A stretch of DNA of 32,000 bases from Alkalilimnicola ehrlichii MLHE-1 (GCF_000014785.1 NC_008340.1:450001-482000), one strand, 5' to 3'. Counted from the first letter of the stretch, positions 1-10,731 are shown. A program made the numbers and translations. Notes: generated by a model from the letters alone, not told the origin.

Positions 1-270
1 GCCCGGGACCTGCGGGCGGTGGCCGACCTGCGCTGCAAGCGCCCGCCGCGACCGGAGTGGGAGCGCTTCCTGCGGGCCCACGGTGTCTTCAAACCGCGGG
101 TGCCGCGGGTGGTGGGCGCCGCCCGGCGGGGCCGGCGCGAGGACTGGCTGCACCTGCTGGCCCGCTGTGCCGGCGTGGACCGCACCGTCAAGGGGGTCGG
201 CGAGGGCCGGCCCTGGGATGAACTGGCCCGGCTGGTGGACGCCGCCGCCCGCCTGGCCGCGGCGGGATGA
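1..270 (+). CDS. holA: DNA polymerase III delta subunit, C-terminal fragment (5' end outside window)
   Basis: Open frame from the window edge ending in MADLRCKRPPRPEWERFLRAHGVF...WDELARLVDAAARLAAAG. Resembles the HolA C-terminus and lies near nadD/rsfS/rlmH, the usual holA neighbourhood. Confidence 0.7.
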   Translation, partial: ARDLRAVADLRCKRPPRPEWERFLRAHGVFKPRVPRVVGAARRGRREDWLHLLARCAGVDRTVKGVGEGRPWDELARLVDAAARLAAAG

Positions 271-343
271 GTCTGGCCCGCACAGCATATAAACTACCCG
301 GTAGGTACCGTCACCCCAAGCCAACAGGACGAACCTCAGCCTC

Positions 344-1606
344 ATGACCGAAGACATCCGTGCTTACATGCAGACCCTGGGCCGGCAGGCCCGCGAGGCC
401 GCTCGCGAGATGGCTCGTGCCGACACCGGCCACAAGAACGCCGCGCTCCATGCCATGGCGGACGCCCTGGAGGAGCACGCCGGTGATCTCAAGCGCGCCA
501 ACGCCGACGACCTGGAGAACGGCCGCGCCAACAACCTGGACCCGGCCCTGCTGGACCGCCTGGAGTTGAACGATGAGCGCATCCACGGCATGGCCGAGGG
601 GCTGCGCCAGATCGCCGCGTTGCCTGATCCGGTGGGGGCCATCCGTGATCTGGCCTTCCGCCCCTCCGGCATTCAGGTGGGCCGGATGCGGGTGCCGCTG
701 GGGGTCATCGGCATTATCTACGAATCGCGCCCCAATGTGACCGCCGACGCCGCCGCCCTCTGCCTGAAGAGCGGCAATGCCGCGATCCTGCGCGGCGGTT
801 CCGAGGCCCGCCACTCCAACGCCGCCATCGCCGCCTGCGTGCGCGCCGGGCTGAAGCGCGCCGGGCTGCCCGGAGAGGCCGTGCAGGTGGTGGAGACCAC
901 CGACCGGGCCGCCGTCGGCGAGCTGATCCGCATGGACGAGTACGTGGACGTGCTGGTGCCGCGCGGGGGCAAGGGCCTGATTGAGCGGATCACCGCCGAG
1001 GCCACCGTACCGGTGATCAAGCACCTGGACGGGATCTGCCACGTCTACATCGACGACTCCGCCGACCCGGCGAAGGCCATCAGCGTGGCCTACAACGCCA
1101 AGACCCAGCGGCTGGGGACCTGCAACACCATGGAGACCCTGCTGGTGGCCGAGGCCATCGCCGAGCGGGTGCTGCCCGAATTGGCCCGCCGCTACCGCGA
1201 GTCGGAGGTGGAGCTGCGCGGCTGTGAGGCCACCCGCCGGCTGATCCCGGATGCGGTGCCGGCCACCAAGGAGGACTGGTCCACCGAGTACCTGGACGCC
1301 ATCGTCTCCATCCGCATCGTGCCCGGCCTCGATGAGGCCATCGAGCATATCGCCCGGCACAGCTCCGGCCACACCGAGAGCATCCTCACCGAGGACTGGT
1401 CCCGGGCCCGGCGGTTCCTGCGCGAGGTGGACTCCAGCTCGGTGATGGTCAACGCCTCCACCCGTTTCGCCGATGGCTTCGAGTACGGCCTGGGGGCGGA
1501 GATCGGGATCAGCACCGACAAGCTGCACGCCCGCGGCCCGGTCGGTCTTGAGGGGCTGACCACCGAGAAGTTCATCGTGCTCGGCGACGGCCACATCCGC
1601 GAATAG
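344..1606 (+). CDS. proA: Gamma-glutamyl phosphate reductase (glutamate-5-semialdehyde dehydrogenase)
   Basis: 420 aa ORF with [46 protein letters not shown] and NTMETLLV motifs typical of ProA. Confidence 0.97.
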   Translation: MTEDIRAYMQTLGRQAREAAREMARADTGHKNAALHAMADALEEHAGDLKRANADDLENGRANNLDPALLDRLELNDERIHGMAEGLRQIAALPDPVGAIRDLAFRPSGIQVGRMRVPLGVIGIIYESRPNVTADAAALCLKSGNAAILRGGSEARHSNAAIAACVRAGLKRAGLPGEAVQVVETTDRAAVGELIRMDEYVDVLVPRGGKGLIERITAEATVPVIKHLDGICHVYIDDSADPAKAISVAYNAKTQRLGTCNTMETLLVAEAIAERVLPELARRYRESEVELRGCEATRRLIPDAVPATKEDWSTEYLDAIVSIRIVPGLDEAIEHIARHSSGHTESILTEDWSRARRFLREVDSSSVMVNASTRFADGFEYGLGAEIGISTDKLHARGPVGLEGLTTEKFIVLGDGHIRE

Positions 1607-1613
1607 CGCTATC

Positions 1614-2288
1614 GTGACCGAGCCCCGAGCACTGACCGGCCGCACCCCGCTGGGCCTGTTTGGCGGTACCTTCGACCCGGTGCACTACGGCCACCTGCGC
1701 CCGGCGCTGGAGGCCCAGCAGGCGCTGGGCCTGGCCAGCGTCCGCCTGCTGCCCTGCCGGCTTCCGCCCCACCGCGCCCGGCCCGGCCGCGATGCCGGCC
1801 AGCGGCTGGATCTGCTGCGGTTGGGCGCCCGCGAGGTGCCGGGCTTCCGGGTGGACGATCGCGAGCTGCACCGCTCCGGCCCCTCCTACACGGTGGACAC
1901 CCTGCGCCACCTGCGCCAGGAGCAGGGTTCGGCGCGGCCGTTGGTGCTCCTGATGGGGGCGGACAGCCTGGCCGGGCTGGGGCGCTGGCACCGCTGGCGG
2001 GAGCTTTTCGACTATGCCCACGTGGTGGTGCTGGACCGCCCGGGCCACGCCTCCCAACCGGACGGTGAGGTGGCCGCCGAGGTGGCCGGGCGCTGGCTGG
2101 ATGGGCCCGGGGCGCTGCGGGACGCCCCCGCCGGCGGTTTCTACCGGCTGCCGGTCACCCCGCTGGCGATCTCCGCCACCCGCATCCGCCGGCTGTTGGC
2201 CCAGGGCCGGTCGGTGCGGTTTCTGCTCCCCGAGGCGGTGCGCCGCCATATCCATCAGCAAGGCCTGTACGGTTATCCGCAGGTGTGA
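1614..2288 (+). CDS. nadD: Nicotinate-nucleotide adenylyltransferase
   Basis: GLFGGTFDPVHYGHLRPALEA nucleotidyltransferase motif and ISATRIRRLL C-terminal motif. Confidence 0.96.
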   Translation: MTEPRALTGRTPLGLFGGTFDPVHYGHLRPALEAQQALGLASVRLLPCRLPPHRARPGRDAGQRLDLLRLGAREVPGFRVDDRELHRSGPSYTVDTLRHLRQEQGSARPLVLLMGADSLAGLGRWHRWRELFDYAHVVVLDRPGHASQPDGEVAAEVAGRWLDGPGALRDAPAGGFYRLPVTPLAISATRIRRLLAQGRSVRFLLPEAVRRHIHQQGLYGYPQV

Positions 2289-2300
2289 GGACTGCATTGC

Positions 2301-2672
2301 ATGAGTAAAGCCGAGATCACCCTGGAACAGCTGGAGACCCTGCTGCGCGAGGCCCTGGAGGACATCAAGGCCGAGGACGTGGTGTGCCTGGATGTGCGGG
2401 GACGGACCCCCATGACCGACCTGATTGTGGTGGCCACCGGCCGTTCCACCCGCCACGTGGCCTCGGTGGCCGACAGCGTCGCCGACGATCTGCGTGAGCA
2501 CGGCATCCGCCCGTTGGGCGTCGAGGGTCAGCCGGGTTCAGAGTGGATACTGCTGGACCTGGGCGACGCGGTGCTGCACGTGATGACGCCGGAGGCGCGG
2601 GACTTCTACCGCCTGGAGCGGCTCTGGAGCGTGGAGGAGCACGGCGAGGCGGCCCAGGGCGGCCGCGACTGA
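2301..2672 (+). CDS. rsfS: Ribosomal silencing factor RsfS
   Basis: DIKAEDVVCLDVRGRTPMTDLIVVATGRSTRHV...GSEWILLDLGDAVLHVMTPEARDFYRLERLW; conserved position between nadD and rlmH. Confidence 0.95.
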   Translation: MSKAEITLEQLETLLREALEDIKAEDVVCLDVRGRTPMTDLIVVATGRSTRHVASVADSVADDLREHGIRPLGVEGQPGSEWILLDLGDAVLHVMTPEARDFYRLERLWSVEEHGEAAQGGRD

Positions 2673-2675
2673 GCG

Positions 2676-3143
2676 GTGCGTATCCGCTTGATCAGCGTCG
2701 GCGGGCGCATGCCCGGCTGGGCCGCCGAGGGCTACCGGGAATACGCCCAGCGGTTGGGCGGCGGGATCAGCCTGGAGCTGGTGGAGATCCCCCTGGGGCG
2801 GCGGGGCAAGGGGGCCGACCCCCGCCGGGCCCTGGACGAGGAGGGGCGGCGGATGCTCAAGGCCCTGGGTGACGAACAGGTGGTGGCCCTGGACGTCCGC
2901 GGCAAGGCCTGGGACACCCCGGCGCTGGCCCGTGAACTGGACGGCTGGCTGCACGACGGCCGCGACCTGGCCCTGCTGGTGGGCGGGCCCGACGGCCTGC
3001 ACCCGGACTGCCTGGCCCGCGCCGAGCGCCGCTGGTCGCTCTCGCCGCTGACCTTCCCCCACATGCTGGTCCGGGTGCTGCTGGCCGAGCAGCTCTACCG
3101 GGCCTGGAGCCTGCTCCAGGGGCATCCCTACCACCGGGCCTGA
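2676..3143 (+). CDS. rlmH: 23S rRNA pseudouridine(1915) N3-methyltransferase RlmH (GTG start)
   Basis: MRIRLISVG...W...EGYREYAQRL...LDVRGKAWDTPALARELD...LLVGGPDGLHP...LSPLTFPHMLVRVLLAEQLYRAW..L.GHPYHR; conserved neighbourhood. Confidence 0.95.
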   Translation: MRIRLISVGGRMPGWAAEGYREYAQRLGGGISLELVEIPLGRRGKGADPRRALDEEGRRMLKALGDEQVVALDVRGKAWDTPALARELDGWLHDGRDLALLVGGPDGLHPDCLARAERRWSLSPLTFPHMLVRVLLAEQLYRAWSLLQGHPYHRA

Positions 3144-3304
3144 GCAGCGCTGCGACACCGGGCCCGGTGGAGCGGGGCGCCACTTCTTGCTAACCTGCCC
3201 TGGCGATCCAAACGGCCGGGTCGACCGCCCGGGCCACCAGCCGCCATTCCGCGTGGCCGCGATGCGCCGGGCGGTATCCTCGTCCCGCAGAAGGAGCTTG
3301 CGCC

Positions 3305-3790
3305 GTGAGTTACCTTTCCTGGTCCAGCGATCTGGACACTGGTATCGACGCCATCGACAAGCAGCACCGGCGTATTGTCGAGTACATCAATCAGCTCGAG
3401 GACGCCCGCAGCCAGGGCGATCGCGCGCTGATCGGCGAGGTGCTCGAGGGGCTGGTGGACTACACCCAGTCCCACTTCGCCTTCGAGGAGCAGATGATGG
3501 AGGACGCGGGCTACCCGCTGCTGCGGGGGCACCGGCGGGTCCATCAGTTGTTCATCAAACAGGTGGGGGAGTACTGCCGCCGCTTCGACGCCGGCGAGGA
3601 CGTGGCCGAAGAGCTGCTCAATCTGCTGCAGCGCTGGCTGTTCAACCACATCAGGCATGACGATGCAGCCTACGTGGACGACGTCAAGGCCAACATGCAG
3701 GCCCTGGAGCGCGACGAGGCGGGCGACGGCGCAAAGAAGGAGGGCTGGCTGGCGCGCAATCTGCGGCGCTTCTTCGGCCGTGGCCACTGA
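3305..3790 (+). CDS. Bacteriohemerythrin-like protein
   Basis: W...DTGIDAIDKQHRRIVEYINQL, HFAFEEQMMEDAGYPLLRGHRRVH and WLFNHIRHDD carry the hemerythrin His/Glu ligand pattern. Confidence 0.9.
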   Translation: MSYLSWSSDLDTGIDAIDKQHRRIVEYINQLEDARSQGDRALIGEVLEGLVDYTQSHFAFEEQMMEDAGYPLLRGHRRVHQLFIKQVGEYCRRFDAGEDVAEELLNLLQRWLFNHIRHDDAAYVDDVKANMQALERDEAGDGAKKEGWLARNLRRFFGRGH

Positions 3791-3823
3791 TCCCGGCCAG
3801 ATAACAAGAGCTGACACCCGAGG

Positions 3824-4438
3824 ATGGTCATGCAACCGGAATATCGACCGCACATCTATCTTGCATCGAATTCGCCACGACGACGAGAACTGCTCGATCG
3901 CATCGGCGTTCACTACGCCTGGATGGACCCGGGGGTGGATGAGGTGCTCGGCGAGGACGAGAGCCCCGAAGTGTTTGTGCTGCGTATCGCGCTGGAGAAG
4001 GCGCGCGCCGGCTACCGCAGTCTGCAGGAGGACCCCGAGCGTGAGTTGCTGCCGGTGATGGGCGCCGACACCGTCGTGGTGCTGGACAATGAGCTCCTGG
4101 GCAAGCCGCGCGGCCGCGAGCACGGCCTGGAGATGCTCCAGTCCCTGTCCGGAACCACCCATCGGGTGCTTACCGGCGTGGCCCTGGTGGACGACCGGGA
4201 GGCCACCCGGCTGTCGGTCAGCCATGTGACCTTCCGTGAGCTCGAGCGCGCCGAGATCGAGCGCTACTGGGCCACCGGCGAGCCCCAAGACAAGGCGGGC
4301 GGCTACGCGATTCAGGGCCGCGCCGCCGTGTTCGTCGAGCACCTGGAGGGCAGTTACTCCGGCGTGATGGGACTGCCCCTGTTCGAAGCCGCCCAGTTAC
4401 TGGACGAGTTTGAAATCGACTACCAACGGCACTGGTAG
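3824..4438 (+). CDS. maf: Maf-family nucleotide pyrophosphatase
   Basis: IYLASNSPRRRELLDRIG, GADTVVVLDNELLGKP and GYAIQGRAAVFVEHLEGSYSGVMGLPL are Maf signatures. The true start may be ATG 3830. Confidence 0.94.
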   Translation: MVMQPEYRPHIYLASNSPRRRELLDRIGVHYAWMDPGVDEVLGEDESPEVFVLRIALEKARAGYRSLQEDPERELLPVMGADTVVVLDNELLGKPRGREHGLEMLQSLSGTTHRVLTGVALVDDREATRLSVSHVTFRELERAEIERYWATGEPQDKAGGYAIQGRAAVFVEHLEGSYSGVMGLPLFEAAQLLDEFEIDYQRHW

Positions 4439-4440
4439 GC

Positions 4441-5919
4441 GTGGCCCAGGAAATCCTGATCAACGTCACCCCGCGCGAGACGCGGGTCGCCCTGGTTGAA
4501 AACGGGGTGCTCCAGGAGTTGCACCTGGAGCGGGCCCGCCGGCGGGGGCTGGTGGGCAATCTCTACAAAGGCCGGGTGGTGCGTGTGCTGCCGGGGATGC
4601 AGGCGGCCTTCATCGAGGCTGGACTCGAGCGCACCGCCTTCCTGCACGCCTCCGACATCGCCCGCGCCGAGCCCGCCCCGGTGGGGGACGAACCGAATGG
4701 CCGGCCGCCCCCCCTGCCCATCGACGAGCTGCTCACCGAGGGCCAGGAGGTCGTGGTCCAGGTGCTGAAGGACCCGATTGGCAGCAAGGGGGCGCGGCTG
4801 ACCACCCATATCACCATCCCCTCCCGATACCTGGTCCTGGCCCCGGGCAGTCGTGCCCTGGGCGTCTCCGCCCGGGTGGAGGATCCGGCGGAGCGCGAGC
4901 GCCTGCGCGCCATCGGCGAGTCGCTGCTGGCCGACCGCGGCGATATGGGCATCATCGTGCGCACCGCCGCCGAACAGGTGGCCGAGGAGGCCCTGCGGGC
5001 CGATTTCGACTTCCTGCTGCGGCTCTGGCAGTCCATCAGTGAGCGGGCCGCGCATGCCTCTGCCGGTCAGCGGGTGCATGAGGACCTCCCGCTCACCGTG
5101 CGCGCCATGCGCGATCTGGCCGGCAGCGAGGTGGAGCGGGTGCGGGTGGACTCGCGGGAGAACTACCTCAACGTGGTCTCCTTCTGCCGCCGCTTCCTGC
5201 CCGAGATGGCGCCGCGGGTGGAGTATTACCCCGGCGAGCGGCCGCTGTTCGACCTCTACAACATTGAGGACGAGATCCTGCGCGCGCTCAATCGCCGGGT
5301 GCCGCTCAAATCCGGCGGGCATCTGGTGATCGACCAGACCGAGGCCATGACCACCGTGGACGTCAACACCGGCGCCTACGTTGGCCACCGCACCCTGGAA
5401 GAGACCATCTTCAAGACCAACCTGGAGGCTGCCCAGGCCATTGCCCGCCAGCTTCGCCTGCGCAATCTGGGCGGCATCATCATCGTCGATTTCATCGACA
5501 TGGTGGAGGAGGAGCACAAGCGCCAGGTGCTGCGGGCGCTCGAGAAGGCCCTGCAGAAGGACCACGCCAAGACCCAGATCAGCGGCGTCTCGGCCCTCGG
5601 GTTGGTGGAGATGACCCGCAAGCGCACCCGGGAGAGCCTGGAACATCAGCTCTGCGAATCTTGTCCAACCTGCGGTGGCCGCGGTTCGGTGAAAAGCGCC
5701 GAGACGGTCAGCTACGAGATCTTCCGCGAGATCCTCCGCGAGGCCCGTCAGTTCGAGTCCCGCCGCCTGGTGGTGCTGGCGGCCACCGAGGTGGTGGACC
5801 TGCTGCTCGAGGACGAGAGTACCAGCCTCGCACAACTGGAAGAGTTCATCGGTCGCCCCATCGAACTGCAGGCCGAGAGCCTGTACACCCAGGAACAGTT
5901 CGATGTGGTGCTCATGTAA
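4441..5919 (+). CDS. rng: Ribonuclease G
   Basis: MAQEILINVTPRETRVALVENG...NLYKGRVVRVLPGMQAAFIEAG...TVDVNTGAYVG...NLGGIIIVDFIDM...TRKRTRESLEH..C..CPTCGGRG. Confidence 0.96.
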   Translation: MAQEILINVTPRETRVALVENGVLQELHLERARRRGLVGNLYKGRVVRVLPGMQAAFIEAGLERTAFLHASDIARAEPAPVGDEPNGRPPPLPIDELLTEGQEVVVQVLKDPIGSKGARLTTHITIPSRYLVLAPGSRALGVSARVEDPAERERLRAIGESLLADRGDMGIIVRTAAEQVAEEALRADFDFLLRLWQSISERAAHASAGQRVHEDLPLTVRAMRDLAGSEVERVRVDSRENYLNVVSFCRRFLPEMAPRVEYYPGERPLFDLYNIEDEILRALNRRVPLKSGGHLVIDQTEAMTTVDVNTGAYVGHRTLEETIFKTNLEAAQAIARQLRLRNLGGIIIVDFIDMVEEEHKRQVLRALEKALQKDHAKTQISGVSALGLVEMTRKRTRESLEHQLCESCPTCGGRGSVKSAETVSYEIFREILREARQFESRRLVVLAATEVVDLLLEDESTSLAQLEEFIGRPIELQAESLYTQEQFDVVLM

Positions 5920-5949
5920 GGTGCGGCCCGCGCGCCCGTCAGGGGCTGG

Positions 5950-8900
5950 GTGGGTCGTACAGGCCTGAACGGGGCCGGAGAGTCGCCCTTGCATCCAGCG
6001 TTCACTGACAAGCTTCCCGGCTATGCCCTGCGCGCCCTCGCCCTGGGCCTGCTGTTGCTGGCCCTGGTGTTGTGGACCCTGCGTCTGGCGTTGCCGGCCC
6101 TGGTGCCCGACTACCGGGCCACCCTGGAACTGCGACTGGCCGAGGAACTGGATCAGCCGGTGGCGGTGGAAGCGCTCCGGCTCGACTGGCAGGGCTGGCG
6201 GCCGGTGCTGTACGCCGACGGCGTCGAGGTGGGCCCCGACGATCAGGCCCTGGGGTTTCAGGCCCTGCGCGTGGAGCTGGCCCCGGTCGCGAGCCTGGTG
6301 CACTGGCAGCCGGTGGTGCGGGACCTGGCGCTGGTGGGGTTGCGCCTGGAGGCCGGGCTGGACGAGCGCGGCCGGCCGGTGGTCCGGGGGCTGGAGGGGC
6401 TGACCCTGGCCGAAGAGCCCTTCGATCTGGAGCGGCTTGCCGACTTCGACTGGTCTTTACTGCCCGCGGGCATGCGCCTGGAGGACGCCGAGGTGCTTTG
6501 GCACGGCGCCGATGGCCGGCTCTGGCGCCTGCCCGGGGTGGCGCGGCTGGAGCGCGATGCCCGCAGGCTGCGCGCGGCGGTGACGCTGGAGCCGCCGGAG
6601 GCCCTGGGCGGGGGGCTTCAGGGTCGGCTGGAGCTGGACCTGAGCGGCCGCGGGACGCTGCCCGGTGGTCGGTTTCACCTGGAGGGCCGGCGCCTGGTCC
6701 TGGACGCCCTTCCGGGGCTGCTGCCGAGCCCGGAGACCGCCTACCGGCTCTATGGCGACGCCGACCTGACCCTGTGGGGGGAGTGGACCGGTGGCGCGGG
6801 CTCGGTTACCGGCGATTTCCAGTTGCTGGATCTGGAATGGCGGCGCGAGGCCGATGCCGAGGTTCAGCTGCTCGCTCACCGGCTGGCCGGACAGGCCCGT
6901 TGGTCGGGGACACCCGCCGGCTGGCGTGTCGATGTCAACGACCTGGTCATGGCGCGCCCGGACCAGGACTGGGCGGCCCAGGATGCGGCCTTCAGCCATC
7001 GGCGGACGGCAGAGGGCGTGCTGGCACTGGGGGCGGTGTTCGACCGGGCGCACCTGGACGATCTGGTCCGACTCGCCGAACTGAGCCCGGGCATGGACCG
7101 GGACTGGATGCAACGGCTGCACAGCGCGGCCCCCTATGGCGAGCTGCGGGATGCCCACCTGCGTCTGCGACTGGGCCCGGAGGGCGACCTCCAGCGCCTG
7201 GACTCGGCCGCCCGTTTCCACGGCGTGGGGATGGCGCCGGTCGGCCCGGTACCGGGCATCGGACCGCTGGATGGCCATTTCCGCACCACCGAGGAGGGCG
7301 GTCAGGGGGCCGTCAGCGCCCATGGCGCGGCGCTGGACTTCCCCCACCTGTTCCCCGAGACCATCCCGGTGACCGAGGCCCGTGCCGACCTGCGCTGGTG
7401 GCTGGAGGGCGAGGGCCACTACCGGCTGGACGTGGACGATATCGCGCTGGAAAACCCGGATGCCCGTGCCGAGGGCGCCCTTAGTCTCGCCGGCCGACCC
7501 GGCGAGCCGCCGTGGATGCGCCTGCGGGCCGAGGCCTGGGACGGTGACGCCAGCCGCACCGCCCGCTACCTGCCGCTCCGCCACCTGCCGCCGGCCGCCC
7601 GGGAGTGGGTGGCGGCGGCGGTGATTGGCGGTGAGGTCACCGAGGCCCGGGTCCATTGGGATGGGCCGCTCTCGGGCGAGCGCTTTCGCCAGGGCGAGGT
7701 GGCGTTCCAGGCCGGCGGCCGGGTCATCGACGGGGAACTGGCCTATCAGCCGGACTGGCCACGCCTGACCGGGGCCGAGGCCGAGCTGGATTTCCGGGGG
7801 CGGTCCATGCACATCCGCGGCCATGGGGGCCGGCTCGCGGGCACGAGCGTGCAGCGGGTGGAGGTGACCCTCGCCGACCTCTTCGAGCCGGTGCTCGCGG
7901 TCCAGGGCGAGGTCCACGGCAGCGGTGAGGCCTACCTGGACTATCTGCGCCAGATGCCCTTGACCGCCCGCCTGCTCAACGACGTGGTGCCCATGGCACT
8001 GGACGGCGACCACGACCTGACCCTGGCACTGGCCATACCGCTGCGCAACTTCGATCCGAACCGGGTGCGTCTGGACGGGCGGTTGCAACTGGGCGAGGGG
8101 GCCAACTACCGCCTGCCGCGCTGGGATCTGGCCTTCAACAACGTGGTCGGTGAGGTGCATTTCGATGAGCGCGGATTGCGCATCAGCGACTTGCAGGCGC
8201 GCTATCTCGGCCACCCGCTGCGGGTGGAGGCCGAGACCGACGAGCAGCGGATCCGGCTGCGCGGGCGTACCCGGGGGGCACCGGGCGCGCTCTTTCCGCA
8301 GGTCGGCCTGCCCGAGGGCTGGCTCCACGGTGAACCCGCCTGGCAGGCCGAACTGCAGTTGCCCAACTTCCGGCCCGACCAGGGGCCGGACGACGTGCGC
8401 CTGCGCCTGAGCAGCGCCCTGGAGGAGCTGGCCGTGGATCTGCCCGAGCCGCTGGGCAAACCCGCCGGCGAGCCCCGCGACCTGACCCTGGAGGCGCGGA
8501 TCGATGAGGACGGGCTGGGCCCGGTGCGCTGGCGTTACCACGACACCCTCAACGGTGTGCTGGCACTGGACCCGGAGCGTGGCGCGGTGCCGCGAATGGC
8601 CGTCCGGCTCGGTACCGAGCCGGCCTCGCTGCCCGCCGAGCGGAGCTGGCTGGTCCGCGGCCGGGTGCCTCCAGTGGCCGTGGACCCCTGGCTGGACTGG
8701 CTCGAGCAGCACACCGCAGCGACCGGGCAGGAGCGGCCCGAATGGCCCGAGGACCTGCCGCCGCTGGGGCTGGATCTGCACTTTGAGCGTCTCGACCTGG
8801 GGGCGCTGGCGCTGAGCGGGCAGCGACTGGTCCTGGCCGCCGACGCGCACCCCGACTGGCGGCTGCAGTTGGATGGGCCGATACGCGGTGGGGTGTTTTG

Positions 8901-9879
8901 GCCGTTGGCCCCGGACGCCGCGACGCCGATGCGTGCGGATCTCGAACGCGTGGACTTGGACCTGGACCTGCTCACCGGGGACCGGGAGGAGCGGGCCGCA
9001 GAGCCTGCGGACGGACCGGAGCCCTTGCGCCCCGGCCGGCTGCCCCACATGGACCTGTCCATCGGGCAACTGGTCATCGATCGCCGCGATCTCGGGCGCC
9101 TGGACCTGCGGGTGACGCCGGAGGGGGACAGCGCCCGGTTTGAGTCGATCCGGCTGGACACGCCCAGTTTCGCCCTGCAGGGCGACATGGCCTGGCATTA
9201 TCGCGACGGGGGCCACCGCACCGAGCTGAAAAGCCGCCTGCAGGGCGAGCGTGCCGGGGACATCCTGGCCACCCTGGGCTACCTGCCCTCCGTCAGCCGC
9301 GGCCGCACCGAGATCGACAACGACGTGGCCTGGGACAACCTGCCCCACCGCTTTACCCTGGCCGAGATGGAGGGGGCGGTCTCGCTGCGCATCGACGACG
9401 GGCAGATCCCCGACCTCAGCCCGGGCGCCGGGCGCCTGTTCGGGCTGCTCAGTGTCACCACCCTGCCGCGTCGCCTGGCGCTGGATTTCTCCGATATCTT
9501 CGGCCGCGGCTTTGCCTTCGACAGCCTGCGCGCCGACCTGGAACTGGTCGACGGTCAGGCGCACATCCAGCGGTTCGACATCGACGGCCCGGCCGCCAAG
9601 CTGGCCATCGAGGGCCGCATTGGCCTGCGCGACCGCGACTACGACCAGACCGTCCAGGTGACGCCCCGCCTGGGGGCCACCATGCCGCTGGTGGGCTTCA
9701 TCGTCGGCGGCCCGGTGGGTGCGGCTGCCGGGTGGCTGGCCGATCGGGTGGCGGGAGATGAGGTGGAGCGTGCAACCCGGTACAGTTATCGGGTGACGGG
9801 GCCATGGGATGACCCCAAAGTGGAGCGCAGGGGCGCGGACCGGCCCGACGCCGGTGTACCGCCGGCCTGGGCAGATTGA
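5950..9879 (+). CDS. YhdP/AsmA-like giant envelope protein (TIGR02099-type; intermembrane lipid-transport-related family)
   Basis: 1309 aa with an N-terminal TM helix, many amphipathic beta-type repeats and C-terminal FRLDLRV...FDFSDIFGRGFAFDSLRADLELVDG...IEGRIGLRDRDYDQTVQVTPRLG. Immediately follows rng. Confidence 0.85.
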   Translation: MGRTGLNGAGESPLHPAFTDKLPGYALRALALGLLLLALVLWTLRLALPALVPDYRATLELRLAEELDQPVAVEALRLDWQGWRPVLYADGVEVGPDDQALGFQALRVELAPVASLVHWQPVVRDLALVGLRLEAGLDERGRPVVRGLEGLTLAEEPFDLERLADFDWSLLPAGMRLEDAEVLWHGADGRLWRLPGVARLERDARRLRAAVTLEPPEALGGGLQGRLELDLSGRGTLPGGRFHLEGRRLVLDALPGLLPSPETAYRLYGDADLTLWGEWTGGAGSVTGDFQLLDLEWRREADAEVQLLAHRLAGQARWSGTPAGWRVDVNDLVMARPDQDWAAQDAAFSHRRTAEGVLALGAVFDRAHLDDLVRLAELSPGMDRDWMQRLHSAAPYGELRDAHLRLRLGPEGDLQRLDSAARFHGVGMAPVGPVPGIGPLDGHFRTTEEGGQGAVSAHGAALDFPHLFPETIPVTEARADLRWWLEGEGHYRLDVDDIALENPDARAEGALSLAGRPGEPPWMRLRAEAWDGDASRTARYLPLRHLPPAAREWVAAAVIGGEVTEARVHWDGPLSGERFRQGEVAFQAGGRVIDGELAYQPDWPRLTGAEAELDFRGRSMHIRGHGGRLAGTSVQRVEVTLADLFEPVLAVQGEVHGSGEAYLDYLRQMPLTARLLNDVVPMALDGDHDLTLALAIPLRNFDPNRVRLDGRLQLGEGANYRLPRWDLAFNNVVGEVHFDERGLRISDLQARYLGHPLRVEAETDEQRIRLRGRTRGAPGALFPQVGLPEGWLHGEPAWQAELQLPNFRPDQGPDDVRLRLSSALEELAVDLPEPLGKPAGEPRDLTLEARIDEDGLGPVRWRYHDTLNGVLALDPERGAVPRMAVRLGTEPASLPAERSWLVRGRVPPVAVDPWLDWLEQHTAATGQERPEWPEDLPPLGLDLHFERLDLGALALSGQRLVLAADAHPDWRLQLDGPIRGGVFWPLAPDAATPMRADLERVDLDLDLLTGDREERAAEPADGPEPLRPGRLPHMDLSIGQLVIDRRDLGRLDLRVTPEGDSARFESIRLDTPSFALQGDMAWHYRDGGHRTELKSRLQGERAGDILATLGYLPSVSRGRTEIDNDVAWDNLPHRFTLAEMEGAVSLRIDDGQIPDLSPGAGRLFGLLSVTTLPRRLALDFSDIFGRGFAFDSLRADLELVDGQAHIQRFDIDGPAAKLAIEGRIGLRDRDYDQTVQVTPRLGATMPLVGFIVGGPVGAAAGWLADRVAGDEVERATRYSYRVTGPWDDPKVERRGADRPDAGVPPAWAD

Positions 9880-9903
9880 ACCGGCAGATTGGAGAGCGGG
9901 AAG

Positions 9904-10731
9904 ATGGCGATTAGGGACGACAAGCGGGTGCGCGCGGCTGCGGTGCAGATGGCCTCGGGCCCGAATCTGGCCGGCAATCTCGCCGAGGTCGAGCGGCTGA
10001 TCGGCCAGGCGGCCGAGCAGGGCGCGGAGCTGGTGGGCCTGCCGGAGAACTTTGCCCTCATGGGGCGCCGGGAGGCCGATAAACTGGACGTGGCCGAGAG
10101 CGACGGTGAGGGGCCCATCCAGGACCTGCTGGCCAAGCTCGCCAGCCGCCACCGCATCCACCTGGTGGCCGGTACCCTCCCCCTGCGCAGCGAGAACCCC
10201 GGCAAGGTGCGGGCCGCCTGCCTGCTCTACGGTCCCGATGGCCGTCGCCTGGGCCGATACGACAAGGTGCACCTTTTCGACGTCGGCGTCAGCCCGACCG
10301 AGGCCTACCGCGAGTCCGACACCCTGGAGCCCGGCTCTCGCGCGGTGGTGGTGGAGACCGAGCTGGGCCGCATCGGCCTGGCGGTCTGTTACGATGTCCG
10401 ATTCCCGGAACAGTTCCGGGAGATGGCGCGGCAGGGGATGGAGATCCTGGTCCTCCCCTCCGCGTTCACCGCCGTCACCGGTGCCGCCCACTGGCGCACG
10501 CTGGTCACCGCCCGGGCCATCGAGAACCTCTGCTTTACGGTGGCCCCCGATCAGGGCGGGCGCCATGCCAGCGGGCGGGAAACCTACGGCGACAGCCTCA
10601 TCGTCGACCCCTGGGGCAGCGTGCTGGCCAGCCGCGCCAAGGGGGCCGGTGTGGTGGTCGCCGATCTCGACCTGCACCGCCAGGCCGAGATCCGCCGCCG
10701 CTTTCCGGCGCTGACACACCGTAAATTCTGA
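9904..10731 (+). CDS. Carbon-nitrogen hydrolase (nitrilase superfamily, Nit/omega-amidase-like)
   Basis: Glu-Lys-Cys triad context: LPENFALMG, LGRYDKVHLFDV, GRIGLAVCYDVRFPEQFREMA. Six-frame ORF 9889..10731; ATG at 9904 is the likely start. Confidence 0.93.
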   Translation: MAIRDDKRVRAAAVQMASGPNLAGNLAEVERLIGQAAEQGAELVGLPENFALMGRREADKLDVAESDGEGPIQDLLAKLASRHRIHLVAGTLPLRSENPGKVRAACLLYGPDGRRLGRYDKVHLFDVGVSPTEAYRESDTLEPGSRAVVVETELGRIGLAVCYDVRFPEQFREMARQGMEILVLPSAFTAVTGAAHWRTLVTARAIENLCFTVAPDQGGRHASGRETYGDSLIVDPWGSVLASRAKGAGVVVADLDLHRQAEIRRRFPALTHRKF

